Made by a program: the position numbers and the translations under genes
Notes under the pieces: generated by a model
The model's database searches: none
The model's input: the letters and a program-made list of their open reading frames with translations, nothing else
What the model was told of the DNA's origin: nothing
Shown here: positions 17,046 through 25,068 of the stretch, piece by piece
Layout of the letters: each line of letters begins with the position of its first letter
How positions within the stretch are numbered: the stretch's first letter is position 1
Source of the DNA: Acidobacteriota bacterium
GTDB taxonomy: Bacteria > Acidobacteriota > Holophagae > Acanthopleuribacterales > Acanthopleuribacteraceae
DNA: 64,000 bases
Direction: 5' to 3'
Assembly (NCBI GenBank): GCA_002747255.1
Contig: PDUC01000036.1
Span: 16,732-80,731, forward strand

Positions 17046-17061
17046 AGCAATATGCTTGCCA
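17046..17061 (-). promoter_or_regulatory. sigma-54 (-24/-12) promoter for the 15526..17007 gene
   Basis: The minus strand reads TGGCAA-GCATA-TTGCT with canonical GG/GC spacing. It lies about 39 nt upstream of the ATG at 17007. Confidence 0.7.
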
Positions 17062-17301
17062 CAACTGCCAGAGACAACTTCAACGCGACCCTAACCCTTG
17101 TTTACAAACAACTTAAAGAGCACGCTCACCCAAGACTCATGTCTTTTCTCGTTCAACAATTCATACTCTTTTACACAACCATTCTTGAACCCTTTATTTC
17201 ATAAACAGCTTTTTCAAGATATGGAGTGATTTAAGATCCCTACATCAACATATTGTGTGGGTAACTTGCCTTTTCAATGAATAAACACGCTCGCAAGATG
17301 C

Positions 17302-17320
17302 CGTCTCTGCTCTGGAGACA
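17302..17320. promoter_or_regulatory. candidate enhancer (UAS) inverted repeat CGTCTC-N7-GAGACA
   Basis: 11 of 12 positions match the 10460-10478 repeat, with the same 7-nt spacer. It lies about 240 bp upstream of the sigma-54 promoter at 17046-17061. An extra GAGACA half-site is at 17071-17076. Confidence 0.3.
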
Positions 17321-17347
17321 GCCTTTATGTCAAGCGCTTTTTATGGA

Positions 17348-18985
17348 TCAGGACTTCAGGCCTGTGCGATCGAGCATTTTGTAGAGCATGGTGCGATTGA
17401 TACCCGACTGCTTTGAGGCTTCGGGAATGGAGTTCCCGCATTCCCGCATCAGGTTGACCAGGAACTTGCGTTCAAGTTCAGATTGGATTGTTTTAGCCTG
17501 TTCGAGAATGTCATGTTTGACACGCTTCAACTCGTCATTTGTTCGCGGCAGCTCCGTTAGAGAGTCCAGATAGGTACTGAGAGAATCTCCGTTAATTCCA
17601 TGTTTCTCCGGCAAGGGCACTTCATCGGTATACAGGACGGGCTTTGATTCGAGTTCAAAGTCTGAGAACTGGTCCATCAAGCTCTCGGGAAAATGGTTTC
17701 GCGTTATTTTCTTGCCCTGACTCTGAATGAGCAGGTTCTGGATCAGGTTCTCGAGCTCTCTGATGTTTCCGGGAAATGAATAAGCATACAAAATATCGTA
17801 AACCCGAGAAGACACCTCGGGAACTTTCATTTTGAACTGCTTTGCATATCGCCTCAAGAAAAACTGGAACAGAGGCAAAATATCGCCTGGTCGTTCCTTG
17901 AGAGAGTGAATTTTAAAAGGTAGAACGGATAGTCGGAAATAGAGATCATCTCTAAAATTTTGTTCTTCCACAGCCTTTTTTAAATCTCTGTTAGTGGCGG
18001 CGATAATTCGGACATCGACCGATATTTTCTCCTTTCCACCCACCCGATGAAACTCTTTAAGCTGTAGAAACCTGAGAAGCTTAGCTTGAACCTTTAAATC
18101 CATTTCCCCAATTTCATCGAGGAAAAGAGTGCCATTGTGGGCTCGTTCCACCTTCCCGACATGCCTTTGAACGGCTCCGGTAAAAGCTCCCCGCTCATGC
18201 CCAAACAGTTCGCTCTCAATTAAGCCCTCAGGAATAGCGGCACAATTCACCGCCACAAAGTCATTCTTCTTTCTGGGACTGTGATTGTGAATGTAATTGG
18301 CCAGCACTTCTTTTCCTGTTCCGCTCTCCCCTTCCAGGAGGACTGTCACATCAGTAGGAGCGGCCTTCTTCAGGCTCTGCAAAAGTTTGAGTGACAATTC
18401 ATCCGTGGCCACCAATTCTGAGAAGTTCACTATGGGTTTCTTGAACAATTGAAAAGGCGCAACCATTCTAGAAAACACATTGGCAACCAGTTTAACGAAT
18501 AAGTTGCCATGGGAACCGGATTTGGGTCTGCCCGCTAAAATAAGCCTCAGCTCGCTCATGGCAAAGAAGAGATAAAAGGTCTGATTTAAGAATTCTGCCT
18601 TTCCATACTTGCCGTTCTCGAGCCAGTCTATCGGTGCGTTTTCCAGTTCAACCACCTGTTCTGGAACCAGGGTACCCTGCAAAACCCGCCAGGAGTTGGT
18701 TGTCTCTCTGTAGATACAGTGCTTGAGGTTGAAGGCGCTTTGCTGGTGAATAACCCAATCAAAAAAGCCTTTAATTGATTTGACATCCAGCAGCATGCCC
18801 AGGGAAAAGATATCGACTCCGGCCTCAGCCGAGGACTGATTGGAAACGGCTTTCTGGAAAAACCCCAGTTGAGATTTCATAATCTGAGCTCTTTGGCGAA
18901 TTTGATTCAAGTCCTCTTCCAAAGACAGCAGATTCAGATTTTCTTCGTAGTTTTCAAAAAAGAGTTGAATACCGTGGTCAGTCAT
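17348..18985 (-). CDS. sigma-54-dependent transcriptional activator (bacterial enhancer-binding protein), no receiver domain
   Basis: AAA+ core motifs: [11 protein letters not shown] (Walker A), [15 protein letters not shown] (GAFTGA loop) and [10 protein letters not shown] Fis-type HTH lies at the C-terminus. The N-terminal ~200 aa has no phospho-acceptor pattern and may be GAF-like. Confidence 0.9.
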   Translation of the reverse strand: MTDHGIQLFFENYEENLNLLSLEEDLNQIRQRAQIMKSQLGFFQKAVSNQSSAEAGVDIFSLGMLLDVKSIKGFFDWVIHQQSAFNLKHCIYRETTNSWRVLQGTLVPEQVVELENAPIDWLENGKYGKAEFLNQTFYLFFAMSELRLILAGRPKSGSHGNLFVKLVANVFSRMVAPFQLFKKPIVNFSELVATDELSLKLLQSLKKAAPTDVTVLLEGESGTGKEVLANYIHNHSPRKKNDFVAVNCAAIPEGLIESELFGHERGAFTGAVQRHVGKVERAHNGTLFLDEIGEMDLKVQAKLLRFLQLKEFHRVGGKEKISVDVRIIAATNRDLKKAVEEQNFRDDLYFRLSVLPFKIHSLKERPGDILPLFQFFLRRYAKQFKMKVPEVSSRVYDILYAYSFPGNIRELENLIQNLLIQSQGKKITRNHFPESLMDQFSDFELESKPVLYTDEVPLPEKHGINGDSLSTYLDSLTELPRTNDELKRVKHDILEQAKTIQSELERKFLVNLMRECGNSIPEASKQSGINRTMLYKMLDRTGLKS

Positions 18986-19967
18986 CGAATAAAGTTCCTT
19001 GGATTTCTCTGTCTATGTGTTTCCTGCCGCGAGGCGTAATAACCCGTCCTTTTGGTGTGCGGTCCAGGAAACCGAGTTGAATCAGATAGGGTTCGAGTAC
19101 ACCTTCAAGGGCGTCTTTTTCTTCACCTAGTGCTGCGGAAAGAGTTGAAAGACCAACCGGACCTCCACCAAATTTGTCGGCAATGGTGAGCAACAGAGCC
19201 CGATGGCCTTCTTCCAGACCCAATTGGTCCACACCCAGCGCCTGCAGTGCTTTTTCTGTTGCCGATTCATCAATAAAATCCAACCCGTCAACAACTGCAA
19301 AATCGCGACAGCGCTTGAGCAGCTTCAAGGCGACCCGCGGCGTTCCCCTGGAGCGTTTAGCAATATTCAATGCCGCCTTTTCATCAATGGTCACACCGAG
19401 AATTCTGGAAGCTCTCTCCAGAACACGACACAGTTCCCGGTGCGTATAGAATTCGAGACGATAGGTCATTCCAAAGCGATCGAATAGCGGTCGGGTCAGC
19501 AACCCGGCTCGTGTAGTGGCTCCTACCAGTGTAAATGAGGGCAGGTCAATTTTCACCGTTCTGGCGCTCGGGCCTTGACCAATAATGATATCCAGCTGGA
19601 AATCTTCCATCGCAGGATAGAGTACTTCTTCAACTGAAGAACTCAGCCGGTGAATTTCATCCACAAACAGAATGTCTCCTGGCTGTAAATTGGTCAAAAT
19701 GGCTGCAAGATCACCCGGCCTCTCAATAGCAGGGCCGGAAGTCGCCCGCAATCCGCCACCTGTTTCGTTGGCAATAATGTTGGCCAAGGTTGTTTTTCCC
19801 AAGCCTGGGGGTCCGTAAAGCAGGACATGATCCAGACTCGTGTTGAGCTTGAGGGCTGCTTCAATGAAAACGGACAAGCTGGATTTCAAGTGACTCTGCC
19901 CAATGTAATCCTTTAAACCCGAAGGACGAATACTCTTTTCTTGTACGTTATCGAATTCTTTATTCAT
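18978..19967 (-). CDS. ruvB: Holliday junction branch migration helicase RuvB
   Basis: [27 protein letters not shown], and full-length similarity to RuvB. Confidence 0.95.
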   Translation of the reverse strand: MNKEFDNVQEKSIRPSGLKDYIGQSHLKSSLSVFIEAALKLNTSLDHVLLYGPPGLGKTTLANIIANETGGGLRATSGPAIERPGDLAAILTNLQPGDILFVDEIHRLSSSVEEVLYPAMEDFQLDIIIGQGPSARTVKIDLPSFTLVGATTRAGLLTRPLFDRFGMTYRLEFYTHRELCRVLERASRILGVTIDEKAALNIAKRSRGTPRVALKLLKRCRDFAVVDGLDFIDESATEKALQALGVDQLGLEEGHRALLLTIADKFGGGPVGLSTLSAALGEEKDALEGVLEPYLIQLGFLDRTPKGRVITPRGRKHIDREIQGTLFDD

Positions 19968-20554
19968 TGATTAATCTTCCGAAGCGCGTTTTCCATCAAG
20001 GCCTCAAGGGTCCATTCTTTTTTCTCTCTTTTCAAAACTTGAATCACGCGGTTAATTTTAATTTCAGGGAATCCCAAACTCATCAAACCCTCTCGCAAGT
20101 CCGCCCAGATTCCTGCCGCTGCCATGGAAGAACCTTTGAGTCCCGGCAGGGTTTTAATTTTTTTCAGTTTACTGTCCAGCTCCAACATCAACCTTTCCGC
20201 CGTTTTTTTTCCAATACCGGGAACCGTTTGAAGAGCCATCACATCGTTGCGGGCGACCACCTCCATCATCTGAACAGGGGTGAACAGCTCAACAATGGCA
20301 TAGGCTGTCTTGGGACCGACTCCCGAAATGCCATTTAAAATGAGGAAGAGGCTTTTGCTTTCGTAGGAGCGAAACCCAAACAGTTTGAGTTGATCTTCCC
20401 TGACATAGGTATGAATCCAGAACTCCATTTCTGTTCCCACTTGACATTTTTTCTCAGGGGAACCGCAGTATATTTCATAGCCAACACCGTTGTTCAACAG
20501 CAATACATAGGGATCATAAACACTTTTAACTTTTCCAAAAATATATCCGATCAT
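19964..20554 (-). CDS. ruvA: Holliday junction DNA-binding protein RuvA
   Basis: MIGYIFGKV..., HhH motifs [10 protein letters not shown] and [12 protein letters not shown], and a 4-nt overlap with ruvB. Confidence 0.9.
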   Translation of the reverse strand: MIGYIFGKVKSVYDPYVLLLNNGVGYEIYCGSPEKKCQVGTEMEFWIHTYVREDQLKLFGFRSYESKSLFLILNGISGVGPKTAYAIVELFTPVQMMEVVARNDVMALQTVPGIGKKTAERLMLELDSKLKKIKTLPGLKGSSMAAAGIWADLREGLMSLGFPEIKINRVIQVLKREKKEWTLEALMENALRKINQ

Positions 20555-20629
20555 ATTTTTAGATTCTATCTAGAGGGAAACTGGAATACAATTAAAACGT
20601 ACAACAAATTATCCAAACAGGAGGATCTG

Positions 20630-20968
20630 ATGAAAGTAACACACGAAGAACACGGAGATATCATGGTACTCGGCCTGATCGGTAACATTACAATCGGCGA
20701 AGGAGACATCACTTTGAGACGCGAAGTGAATAAAGCCCTGGAAAGCGGATTCAAGAAAATCGTACTCGATCTCAAAAAGGTCAAGTACGTGGACAGCTCG
20801 GGTGTCGGTGAAATGGTCGCGGCTTACACCACAGTCAAAAACAAAGAAGGTGAATTGAAACTGGTTAACCTCAATTCTAAAATCCTGGATCTCTTACAGA
20901 TCACCGCTCTGGTCACGGTATTCACCATTCACGATACCAAGAAGGAAGCGTTGGAGAGCTTTGCCTGA
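20630..20968 (+). CDS. STAS-domain anti-sigma-factor antagonist (SpoIIAA-like)
   Basis: ATG at 20630 is preceded by AGGAGG. The motif KVKYVDSSGVGEMV contains the conserved phosphorylatable Ser context. The longer ORF from 20390 overlaps ruvA on the other strand and is rejected. Confidence 0.8.
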   Translation: MKVTHEEHGDIMVLGLIGNITIGEGDITLRREVNKALESGFKKIVLDLKKVKYVDSSGVGEMVAAYTTVKNKEGELKLVNLNSKILDLLQITALVTVFTIHDTKKEALESFA

Positions 20969-20974
20969 TTGAAT

Positions 20975-21020
20975 GCCATTCTGGAGATCAACGCTCTTCA
21001 GAATGGCTTCACCTTTTTTG
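20975..21020 (+). terminator. probable rho-independent terminator after the STAS gene
   Basis: Stem GCCATTCTG / CAGAATGGC (20975-20983 / 20999-21007) followed by TTCACCTTTTTTG. Confidence 0.55.
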
Positions 21021-21222
21021 ATTGTGCCCGCTAAAGGATTGGCAGCCCGCAGGGATATCCTTTGAGGGAATGTTGCGTTTTTTTCAGGTTCGCCCCTTAA
21101 AAGAAAAAGCAAACTGAAAGCTGTCTGCACTCCTGCAAACACCTTTACCGTTCCTGTCTGCCAGGACCCCCTTCAAGCGTGTGATTGACAACCATTGAAA
21201 CATCACACAAGTGCAGCAACTC

Positions 21223-21651
21223 CTAGAATGTTACAACTTCTGTTGTTTCCTTAATCATTTCTCCTGCGACAATTGGCGGCTTGGCCTGTAAAACACCCTG
21301 AATCAGGGCATCTTTCGTCAGCCCTTTACTTGGAAGATACAAGGGACAAATCTCTACTTTAACGCCTTTTTTTATCAACCCTTTCAAAAGCATCTGGGGA
21401 GATTTTTTCGGTGGTAGAAACACCGTTTCCTCACTGCCCTTGATCGCAAGATCACCGGCAGGGCCACAGAGAACAATCTCCACTTCGGCACCCTGGTTGT
21501 GAGACTGCATGGACAAAACCATGGCCATCATTTGAGTTTGGGCATCCGGTGACGTCACAATAAACTTCATTTTCTTTGCAGCAAATGCATTGCCCGCTGC
21601 CGCAATCAACAAAGACATAAAAAACACGAAAAAGCTCTTTCTCAATATCAT
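21223..21651 (-). CDS. DsrE/DsrF-like family protein with a signal peptide
   Basis: Start at the ATG at 21651: MILRKSFFVFFMSLLIAAAGNAFA. The pattern KFIVTSPDAQ...GAEVEIVLCGPAGDLAIKG...GVKVEICPLY matches the DsrE-like fold. Confidence 0.6.
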   Translation of the reverse strand: MILRKSFFVFFMSLLIAAAGNAFAAKKMKFIVTSPDAQTQMMAMVLSMQSHNQGAEVEIVLCGPAGDLAIKGSEETVFLPPKKSPQMLLKGLIKKGVKVEICPLYLPSKGLTKDALIQGVLQAKPPIVAGEMIKETTEVVTF

Positions 21652-22074
21652 AAAACACCTCCGTATTGGATCACCAATATTCATGCTCAGCCTTGTATTT
21701 ACTGGCAAACACAATCATAGACAATCACCCGCAGGTTCTCAACATAAACCAACCAGCTCGATTTATCGTCTTTTAGGCAGGCTGAATATCATGGCCTTTT
21801 CGCGCACGAATCGCAGCCGACCCACTTGGATTTAAAAAAAGAATTGATTGGTCGTTTGGGAGGCATTGGGACACAAACCCCTATCTCGATGATTCTCTTC
21901 ACAAAACCAAGTACACAGTTCGGCCATTATTCTTTAAAAGCGCGCTTTTTAAGAATCTTCGAGGTGATGGGGAACCTTGTGGTACAATTTTACTGGAGAT
22001 GGGCATTCTGGCCTGGGAGTACACACCAAAGAGTGTTTTCTATCTCAACCTACATGTCTTAAAAGGATGCATAC

Positions 22075-22767
22075 ATGATTCAAGTCTTACTTGTTGAAGA
22101 TGAACCCGATTTGAGGTTTTCACTCAAGCACAACCTGACGTTTGAGGGTTATGAGGTTGATGTTGCGGAAGATGGCGAAGAAGGTTCTCAAAAGTTTGAA
22201 GAAAACAACTACGACCTTATCATCCTCGATATCATGATGCCCAAGAAGACGGGTCTGGAGTTGCTCGAGGAAATAAGAAAAATCAATACCTCTGTACCGG
22301 TGTTGATGCTCACCGCAAAATCTGAAGAGATGGACAAGGTGATTGGCCTTGAAATGGGTGCCGATGATTATCTGGGCAAGCCCTTCGGCTTGAGCGAATT
22401 ACTGGCTCGTGTAAAAGCATTGATTCGCCGCAGCAAAGTGGAAAAGCCCAAGCCCCTCATATACAGTTTTTTAGATTTTAAGCTGGATCTTGAGAATTAT
22501 CAATTAACCAAGAATGGAGAGGATATTCACTTCAGCCAGAAAGAATTTCAATTGCTGAAATATTTAATTCGCCATGCCAATCAGACCCAAAAGAAAACCG
22601 ATATTCTGGAAGCTGTCTGGCATTACGACAGCAATGTAACCACACGCACCATCGACACACATATTGCTCGAATCCGCAGGAAAATGATGGACCAGGAGAA
22701 GAATGAAATCATTCAAACTGTTCCAACCGTCGGCTATCGGTTCGTTGCCAAACTCAAGAAAACTTAG
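22075..22767 (+). CDS. OmpR-family response regulator (orphan, no kinase adjacent)
   Basis: Receiver domain: VLLVEDEPDL...DLIILDIMMPKKTG...MLTAK. C-terminal winged helix: TRTIDTHIARIRRKM...VGYRF. Confidence 0.9.
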   Translation: MIQVLLVEDEPDLRFSLKHNLTFEGYEVDVAEDGEEGSQKFEENNYDLIILDIMMPKKTGLELLEEIRKINTSVPVLMLTAKSEEMDKVIGLEMGADDYLGKPFGLSELLARVKALIRRSKVEKPKPLIYSFLDFKLDLENYQLTKNGEDIHFSQKEFQLLKYLIRHANQTQKKTDILEAVWHYDSNVTTRTIDTHIARIRRKMMDQEKNEIIQTVPTVGYRFVAKLKKT

Positions 22768-22957
22768 AGGCAAATAAAAGCCAAACTGTTTGTGACAGAG
22801 GTACACACCAAAAACACAGTCATGGATATCTGAAGGCTCTAGACTGTCAGTTATTCACCTCACTCCGTTTCAGCTTCCACTGTGGAATCAGGGATGGTCT
22901 TTAAGCCTTATCTTGACACCTGTTACCCAAAAACACTCCTGTAGAGAAAACTCAACT

Positions 22958-23815
22958 TTATTTCTTGTTCTTGCTACCGGAGGCTCGATAATCGTAGCCT
23001 GTCATGGTGATTTCCGGGCAGATTTCCCTTAAACGGGATCTCAAGCGGTTGCCTATGCAGTCCGTCAACGTCATCTCGCCGCTATCTGCCTCATCAAAGT
23101 AGTTTGTGGAAATCAGGGTAGGCTTGTTGAAGTTGTATCGCTTATTGAAAATGTAAACAAGCGTATTGATAATCCACTGCGTATTGTCACTGGCGAAAGA
23201 GCCCAGATCATCCAGAACCAGTACACTGCACTTGACAAGCGGGTCGAGTACCATTTCTTCTGAAATTTCAGTATGGGGGTTGTAACTGAACATCAGTTTC
23301 TTCATGAGATCGGTCATTTCCGTGAAGTAGACGTCCGTAACGCCTGCATAAATGAGGTCACCCAGTAAAGCACAGAGCAGGTGGGTCTTGCCAATTCCCA
23401 CTGTACCCATGATCAACATGCCCATTGCTTCCCGATGTTCTTTGCCTTCGAGAAAGGTGTCTAAATAGATCTGCAACAGGTTACGACATTTTTTCAGGGC
23501 CTGAAATTGACTATGCCAGGTTTTTGTAGACTTTTTTCGGAAAGGAGTACCATCCCAGGGGACAAATGGCTCACGATGATCGTCTGAGGGATCTGCAAGT
23601 GCCCATCTCTTGTATTTAAAGGGAATCTGAAAGGGGTTTGCCGAATGTGGTGATTCGCTCTGCAGGGTCTGATTCCAGTAACGGGAGGGAATACCGGCAT
23701 TCTCAAAGCTCTCAATCAGCTTGTTTTTCCGGGTACAGGAGCATGGCGTAACCGTATCGTAACCATCCACAACCCTATGTATGTATCCCTTTCCCTTGCA
23801 GAGTGAACAAGCCAT
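22958..23815 (-). CDS. DnaC/DnaI-like helicase-loader ATPase with an N-terminal Cys-rich zinc module
   Basis: CSLCKGKGYI...PCSC at the N-terminus. Walker A is MGTVGIGKTHLLCAL and Walker B is VLVLDDLG. Confidence 0.7.
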   Translation of the reverse strand: MACSLCKGKGYIHRVVDGYDTVTPCSCTRKNKLIESFENAGIPSRYWNQTLQSESPHSANPFQIPFKYKRWALADPSDDHREPFVPWDGTPFRKKSTKTWHSQFQALKKCRNLLQIYLDTFLEGKEHREAMGMLIMGTVGIGKTHLLCALLGDLIYAGVTDVYFTEMTDLMKKLMFSYNPHTEISEEMVLDPLVKCSVLVLDDLGSFASDNTQWIINTLVYIFNKRYNFNKPTLISTNYFDEADSGEMTLTDCIGNRLRSRLREICPEITMTGYDYRASGSKNKK

Positions 23816-23818
23816 GAT

Positions 23819-24472
23819 TCAACCTAAAACTGTAATGCGTGGCAAGTCAAACTGGCTACGCAACTGATCATTATACGCTTTTTGAAAAAACTCACGATCA
23901 CTTTCTTGATCCAAGAATTCGGACAGGGCCTCTTTCAGGGCGTTGCGTTCCTCTTCAGAACACAGCTGTTCCACGACCATTAGCATTTGATGATCCAGAG
24001 CAAGGAGTTCATTTTCAAGCTCTTCATAGCACACAATTTCTGCCAGCCGCTCTTTTCTGGTGAACTCTTTCAGTTGAGCTTCAATCTCACTCAAACACGT
24101 CAAATTTAATTCTTTTATTTGACGTGTGAGCTTTTTCAGCTTTTTCAGGATCTTACCAGCGACCTCTGATTCTTCTTCATCGTAAAGTCCCGCGTGCAGA
24201 GTCTGGTATTCCTGGTGCAGTTTTTCCACATCGCCCGCCACATGGGTCAGGAGGTGGTTTTTCCGGCGTTTGCCTTGCTTCTTTCTTTCCAGAAAACGGT
24301 CAACTGCGCGCAGCACAACCTGAAGTGGGATGCCCTTTTCATGCCACTCATTGACAGCATCAAATTCCAGAGGTGATAGGATAATCTGATTCTCACGCTT
24401 AAGGGACCAATGCAGTTCGATTTCCCTGAAATACTTTTGTCCGGGTGTCAGTTGCTGTGCCGCGTTCATCAA
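23819..24472 (-). CDS. hypothetical protein, possible DnaD-like primosome partner plus coiled coil
   Basis: The N-terminal segment LSPLEFDAVNEWHEKGIPLQVVLRAVDRFLERKK resembles the DnaD/DnaB_2 domain. The gene lies immediately upstream of the DnaC/DnaI-like ATPase. Confidence 0.4.
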   Translation of the reverse strand: MMNAAQQLTPGQKYFREIELHWSLKRENQIILSPLEFDAVNEWHEKGIPLQVVLRAVDRFLERKKQGKRRKNHLLTHVAGDVEKLHQEYQTLHAGLYDEEESEVAGKILKKLKKLTRQIKELNLTCLSEIEAQLKEFTRKERLAEIVCYEELENELLALDHQMLMVVEQLCSEEERNALKEALSEFLDQESDREFFQKAYNDQLRSQFDLPRITVLG

Positions 24473-24478
24473 TTGCTC

Positions 24479-24838
24479 TTATCTGACTGTTCCGCCAACG
24501 GGAACGCCATCGGGAACGGAGAGAAAGCAAGGCACGCTGTCTTCACCACAACCGGAAGCGGCCAGAACCATACCCTGTGATTCTATTCCCATCAGCTTTG
24601 CGGGCTTCAAATTGGTGACAACAATGACTTTTTTGCCGATGACCTCTTCGGGAATATACCAGGGTGCCAGGCCTGCTAAAATCTGTCGAACTTCTGTTCC
24701 TACGTCGATTTGCATTTTCAGCAGTTTCCTGGACTTGGGTATTTTTTCACAGCTTAAAATCTTGCCGACCTTCAACTGAACTTTGGCAAAATCCCGGATA
24801 TCGATTGTATTCAGTTCTTCTGTTTTTTGTTCTTCCAT
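24479..24838 (-). CDS. tRNA-binding domain protein (CsaA / MetRS C-terminal domain-like)
   Basis: KVGKILSCEKIPKSRKLLKMQIDVG...VVTNLKPAKLMGIESQGMVLAA is typical of the EMAP/CsaA OB-fold. Confidence 0.8.
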   Translation of the reverse strand: MEEQKTEELNTIDIRDFAKVQLKVGKILSCEKIPKSRKLLKMQIDVGTEVRQILAGLAPWYIPEEVIGKKVIVVTNLKPAKLMGIESQGMVLAASGCGEDSVPCFLSVPDGVPVGGTVR

Positions 24839-25068
24839 TGTTTTCTCCTGTGTTTACGAATGAGCCATCTGCTTTGCAGGGTAAAGCCTACCTCAGAACG
24901 AGCAGGCATGGAACCCTAAATCACGGTCACCATCAAACCAAAGCCGGCAAGTTTTTCATGCTGTTGGCATTATTGAGTATAAAAATTTACAGATGACCTC
25001 GCCTGGCTCTCTCCATAGTAACTGACAAAAACAGCGGATTTGGTCTCTTTTATTGGTATACTTGTCCT

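Noticed and set aside
21936-21949. Palindrome AAAAGCGCGCTTTT, with an imperfect flanking extension over 21929-21956, about 125 bp upstream of the OmpR-type regulator gene.
   Set aside because: It occurs only once, it cannot form a hairpin with a normal loop, and no second copy or half-site pattern supports an operator call.
22958-23815. IstB-like ATPase as a sign of an IS21-family mobile element.
   Set aside because: There is no IstA-type transposase upstream (the partner is a 217-aa DnaD-like coiled-coil protein). I saw no terminal inverted repeats, and the N-terminal zinc module fits DnaI-type loaders better.
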